Below are positions 59,009-64,000 of a stretch of DNA of 64,000 nucleotides, piece after piece (position 1 is the first letter of the stretch; each line of letters starts with the position of its first letter). The position numbers and the translations under genes are program-made. The notes under the pieces are model-generated. The model was given only the letters and a program-made list of their open reading frames with translations. It was not told the origin of the DNA and did no database searches. The stretch comes from Phoronis australis. Taxonomy: Eukaryota; Animalia; Phoronida. The stretch spans positions 66,733-130,732 of the forward strand of contig NMRA01000612.1 of the NCBI GenBank assembly GCA_002633005.1, written 5' to 3'.

Positions 59009-61290
59009 AGGCCAAGTATGGTGCCAAAATTACTATTTTTAAATCTAAAGTACATTTATTGATAAAAAACATCAAAATACTGTGTCATAGCATACCCCAG
59101 TCGTTAATTAAGTAGGCCTTCGACAATACAGTAGCCCCATCACGAACCCCATTTAGCGCCAAAAAAAAACTTGAGACGACGCTTGCACTAATCGAAGTCT
59201 ATGACATCATCGTTACAACGAATTTGGCTTTCACTGTGTCTCCAGAATATTGGAATCAGAGATGACTCGTTTTTTAATTTAGTGCAAAATACGTTGAAAA
59301 TCAAGGAAACACATTAATTTTTCATTTCATGTCAGTTAATATTAAAAGTAATCAAAATCACTACCTTTAGAATTTTTATTCAATTACTTAGCACACATTC
59401 TAATACGGGCCCGTATGGGAATCCCCGGGAGTGTGACTGGTGCCGTCGAAACAGCCGGAAAAACAAAACGCTTCGTCTGAATTGTTATTAGCAATTTCCC
59501 AATGTTTATTATAAAGTATAATTTGTTTGATACAAAAACTTTGATGTTAGTAACTTTCCATTCATGTCTTTTTGAAGCCGAAGGTGTGAACGCTGCGCGA
59601 TTCCAATACGGACGGCTGTCCAATGTGTGTCCCGTATGGGTATAGACAACAGGCCATTTAATTTGGTGCAAAATACTTAGAAACGTTAGGCTTACAGCTC
59701 ATATCAGCATGATTTTTTCGTACAATGCAATTATATTCAAATTGATTGAAAATTTTATATTTATTATTTTCAAAATAAGTCGCCTTGAAATGCTGCAACC
59801 CGTAATCGGTCAAGCTAAAAAAATTAAAAATTTAATAGCAACACAACATTGTGCGTGTCTGTAATAAATTAAAACTACGAAATAAAGTCTGTAACGTTTT
59901 AAATTCAGTATCAGAATTCCGTTAGGTCTACGGGAACGACCCAAATCAGACAGGATATTCCGGATTTGGGCCGGATTCCCTATACTCTGGGCCGGAACAG
60001 TAACACGAAACGTCGAATTGCACACTGCAGATTTTTTGTAGCCAACCAGCTAGCTGTTTGAAGGCTATCGCCAAAATACAGATAGGTAAAACTATGACTT
60101 GAGCTCTGTTAAACCATAGACCATAAACTGTAGTCTATCACGAAATTTCATAGGCCTACCTACAGACTGGTTATGAGTTGTGTTAGTCAACTCGTCGTGA
60201 AACTTATATCGCAGAGCCAACGACCGATGACCGGGGTGCATGCAAAATCTGGGAGACAATTCGGACACTCACCTTGCCCGTTCAGTGGCAGTCGTTTAAG
60301 GGAAGAACAATCCAATAAACGTCATTTTCTAGCATTACTCACGGCCTTTTGAGTTTTCTAACAAAGAAAGTTTGTTGTCTTTTTGAAACAGAACGCTCGT
60401 GAAACGCGCACGCGCCGTACTAAAATTTTGGGACTACTTTTGGGATATGATAACAGCATCACAGAAGTAAAGTTTGTTCTAAATTCGGTTTTTTTGGTCT
60501 TAAAAATGCTAATAACTTGTAACGAAATGAGACCAGTTCCGACAATTCGTTGTGACAGTGCGCAACCTCGTGGCAGCAAAGAACATTTGATATAAAAATA
60601 AACCGGGAGGGAAAGAAACTGTTCAGGTCAGGTGACGTAATCGCCAAACGCCGACTCCCAAGAGCGCAGTAGATGAGCGGTAGGCCTAGAACGATAATTC
60701 TTCCAAAACTGGTAAATAATTTGGTTTACTCAAAGAGCGGTGCAGCTTTTAATGACGCTATTTCTGAGTCAGATTTTATTTAGTCCTTTTTACCCACAGC
60801 GACGCGAAGCTGTATATTTTGTATACAGCTTTGCACCAAGCCTAAATCGGATCTTACCGATCGGGAAAGTTTGTCGCCAGGCCTTGTCGTGGATACGGAT
60901 CTATTCCACGCACGGCACTCGACGTGATCGATGGGTAAGTTGTGCAAATGTATCCCATTGTCGCTGACATTGCTACACCCGCACACCACGCAAAGAGGCA
61001 TTTTAGCCCAGAGATCGACAAGTGCAGAACGTCAAAGAAATGGCACTCAGCTGTTACGCAGTGTGGCTCCCCAGTAAATTCGTGACCACGATGATGTCAT
61101 ATGAACCACTTTACGCTGATTGGTTGAGATTTTTTCTGAGGCGCTCGAAGGGCCTACGAATTATGAGCGGTGTAATTTGCGTCGCAATTAATTACTTTCC
61201 GTGGTATGTAAGAAGCAAAAACAATATTTTTTATGAACAATACATGCATTTCTGGTGTCAAAAATGTGTTTTAGCCGCAGGACGCTGTCT
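59009..61290 (-). mobile_element. Kolobok-like non-autonomous DNA transposon (2282 bp) with TTAA target-site duplication and a THAP-domain remnant
   Basis: TTAA at 59005-59008 and 61291-61294; ends AG...CT; empty site at 55974-55977; minus-strand ORF 60780-61001 MPLCVVCGCSN...GIHLHNLP...W is THAP-like. Confidence 0.8.
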
Positions 61291-61339
61291 TTAATGGTGA
61301 ACTGTGGAGCGGTTTGATAAACGATGTGAATTACGCAAA

Positions 61340-63340
61340 CTTAACAAAACAACGGTTAACCATGGATCTGCAGTAATAATACCCTTTTCCCGGTGAATGA
61401 TCGCAATTTGTTGGTGATATATCTCTTCGCACGTTTCAAGAATGGTGGTTTTCTCGAATTGTCCTCCTCTTCAGCATCCCCGTACTCGTCGCCGATCCTC
61501 ATTCCTCGTGTAAAGTACGAAATTTTGAATTAAATGATGTATTAGTGACGTGTGAATTTATGACGCAATCCTGTATAGATGAGTAAATTCGTGTGAAACA
61601 GTCGGCCATGATTGAACAGTGGCGGACACTGCCGTGGAGATAGCGTCGAGTTGTTAGCTTAAGTACATTGTACTGCCAAACATACCTTTTTCCCTCAAAG
61701 AGATCGCAATTTGTTGGTGATATATCTCTTTGTACTCTTCAAGAATGATGGTCGCTTGAAGTAAACCTTCTCCTCAACATCATTGTCCACGTCCCAACAC
61801 CCTCTTTCTCGTGTTGAAAAGCACAACATTTTGAATTAAATGATACATCAGTGACCTCATGCAATTTGTTGATACAAATTTGTGAGACACAATTTAAATG
61901 ATGTCAGATGAGTATGTCCGTGGGAAACAGTGATCCAAATTGAATAAAAGGCGACATACTTTGTCGTAGAGATAGCTTTGAGTTTTTAGCTTAAGTACCT
62001 TGTGCTGTCAAACATACCTTTTTCGCACCAAGAGATAGCAATTTGTTGGTGATGTATTTCTTTGCACGCTAAATAATGACGGTCGTCTTGAAGTACCAGT
62101 CTCCACAACGTCACAGTCCACGTCCCGGACCCTTTTTCGTTGTGCAAAGAAAGGGATGTTGAATTAAATGATGTATTAGTGACATCCTGTAATTTTGTAA
62201 CACAACCCTGTATGGATGAGTACCTTTGTGGAAAACAGTCAGTCATCTTTCAATAAAAGGTGCAGGAACCTGCCGTGGAGATAGCGTAGAGTGGTTAGCT
62301 TAAATACAATATCCTGTAAAACATACCTTTTTCCGCAAAAAGAAATCAATTTCTTGATACTTTTCTTTGTGCGCTTCAAGAATAATGGTCTGCTTGAAAA
62401 ACCCTCCCCTTTAACATCACGGCGCACGTCCTCGACCTTCTTTCTCTTGTTGGAAAGTGCAGCATTTTGAATTAAACGATGTATCAGTGACATCATTGAA
62501 TTTGATGACACAGCCCTGTGTGACGCAATTAAAGTGTTGTCAGTCGAGTAAATTCGTAGGAAACAGTCATCCACATTGAATAAAAGGCTACAAACATTGG
62601 CGTGGAGATATCGTGGAGTTCTTAGCTTGAGCACATTTTGCTGTCAAACATAGATGTCGTAATTTGTTGGTGACATACATGTATCTCTTTGCAAGCTTCA
62701 AGAATGATGATCTTTATGAATTACCGTCTTATTCAACAACACCGTCCACGTCGCCGACCCTCTTTTGTCGTGAAAAGCCCAGCATTTTGTTGAATTAATT
62801 GATGTATTAGTGACAGCATGTAATTTTATGACGCAACGCTGTATAGATGAGTAATTTCATGGATAACAGCCATTTTGGATGACAGGTGGCTGACACTGTC
62901 GTGGAAATAGGGTCGAGTTTTTAGTTTAAATACATTGTGCTGTCAATCATACCTTTTTCCGGCAGATCACTGTCTGTTGGTGATATATCGCTTTGCAGGC
63001 TTAAGAATTATGGTTGTCTTGAATTACCCTTCTCCTCAACGTCAACGTTATTTTCTCCTAGTACCCTTTTGGTCGTGGAACGCACGGCATTTTGAATTGA
63101 ATGATGCATTAATTACATCATGCGATTTTATCACGCGATCCTGTAACACGCATTTCAAATAATGTCAGGTGAGCAAATTCGTAGGAAACAGTCGGCTGAA
63201 TAAAAGGATCGAGGCGGATATTGTATTGGAGATAGCGTCCAGTTCTAAGCTTAAGTACATTGTGCTGTCAAATATATTTTCCCGCTAAGAGATCGCATTG
63301 TTGGTGATATTTCTGTTTGCACGCTTCTAGAATTATAATA
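61340..63340. repeat. Diverged tandem array, ~300-330-bp unit, ~7 copies (array 2)
   Basis: Unit anchor recurs near 61401, 61704, 62036, 62346, 62657, 62967, 63293. Confidence 0.92.
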
Positions 63341-64000
63341 TTCTTTAATGGGGCTATTCGGAAAATCTACAATAACTAGAAAGCGTTCCTGTACTAGTGG
63401 TGATAGATTAACAGCCTCGATTTCGCGAGCCCTTTAAATACATGGTAAAATGGCTTGCAGCCGTGCCAACTGAATCTGAGATTGCGTAAAAAGGGTGCTT
63501 CTATGAGAGGAAGTAAGCACGACCTCATACAAAGGTAAGGTTTGTGATTATATTAACGATTATTCCATGATTATTCTACCGATGCCTGTTAACTGAGGCA
63601 CTCGCCGATGTCGACTTCGCGGCAGTCAGTCGCCAGCCAGAGTCTGTTTAATCTTTGTATGTTGTGATATGTGATACGATACTTGACGTAGCAATCGGGA
63701 TCTTTTCGTACATCAAAGCATTATTATTGTTTGGAATGATTTCTAAAAGTTTATCAGTGACAGTTTCATCAATCAATGATGAATGTTTATGCTGTCAACT
63801 CGATACAGGTTAATGAAGATTACAATCCAATCCCAATGGCAAAGGGTACGTGAGTGATAAATATCCATTGCATTAGACTATTTGTTTACTCCCTATCATA
63901 TGTCATCTGGAAATCTATTACACGTTGAAATGGAAATCTATCACGTCAGTTTTCACGTAATCTTTGGTTTTTAGGTTTGAAGGCTTGTACCGTGCAGAGG

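Noticed and set aside
56040-63340. CRISPR-like or coding interpretation of the repeat arrays
   Set aside because: Eukaryotic context, long diverged units without unique spacers, and no maintained ORF across units

Overview
Eukaryotic (invertebrate, probably lophotrochozoan) genomic DNA. Bases ~3.4-42.7 kb hold most of a single muscle myosin II heavy chain (Mhc) gene on the + strand; roughly the first 110 codons lie upstream of the window. Splicing the exons by hand gives a continuous frame. The gene has five clusters of tandem mutually exclusive exons (2, 2, 5, 4 and 2 copies) and at least three alternative C-terminal tailpiece exons. It also has at least two intron-embedded, ATG-bearing alternative first exons that would give headless myosin-rod proteins: one full-rod form resembling Drosophila MRP and one resembling molluscan catchin/myorod, with a possible third. 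One rod exon appears twice around a single N, probably an assembly artefact. Downstream (43-64 kb) is CpG-richer, repeat-dense DNA: a frameshifted fibrinogen-domain gene, a decayed gypsy-like LTR element, an internally deleted LINE, duplicated C2H2 zinc-finger plus ~310-bp repeat blocks, and a TTAA-flanked, THAP-bearing Kolobok-like insertion whose empty site survives in the paralogous block. All coordinates were read by eye and no database searches were run.
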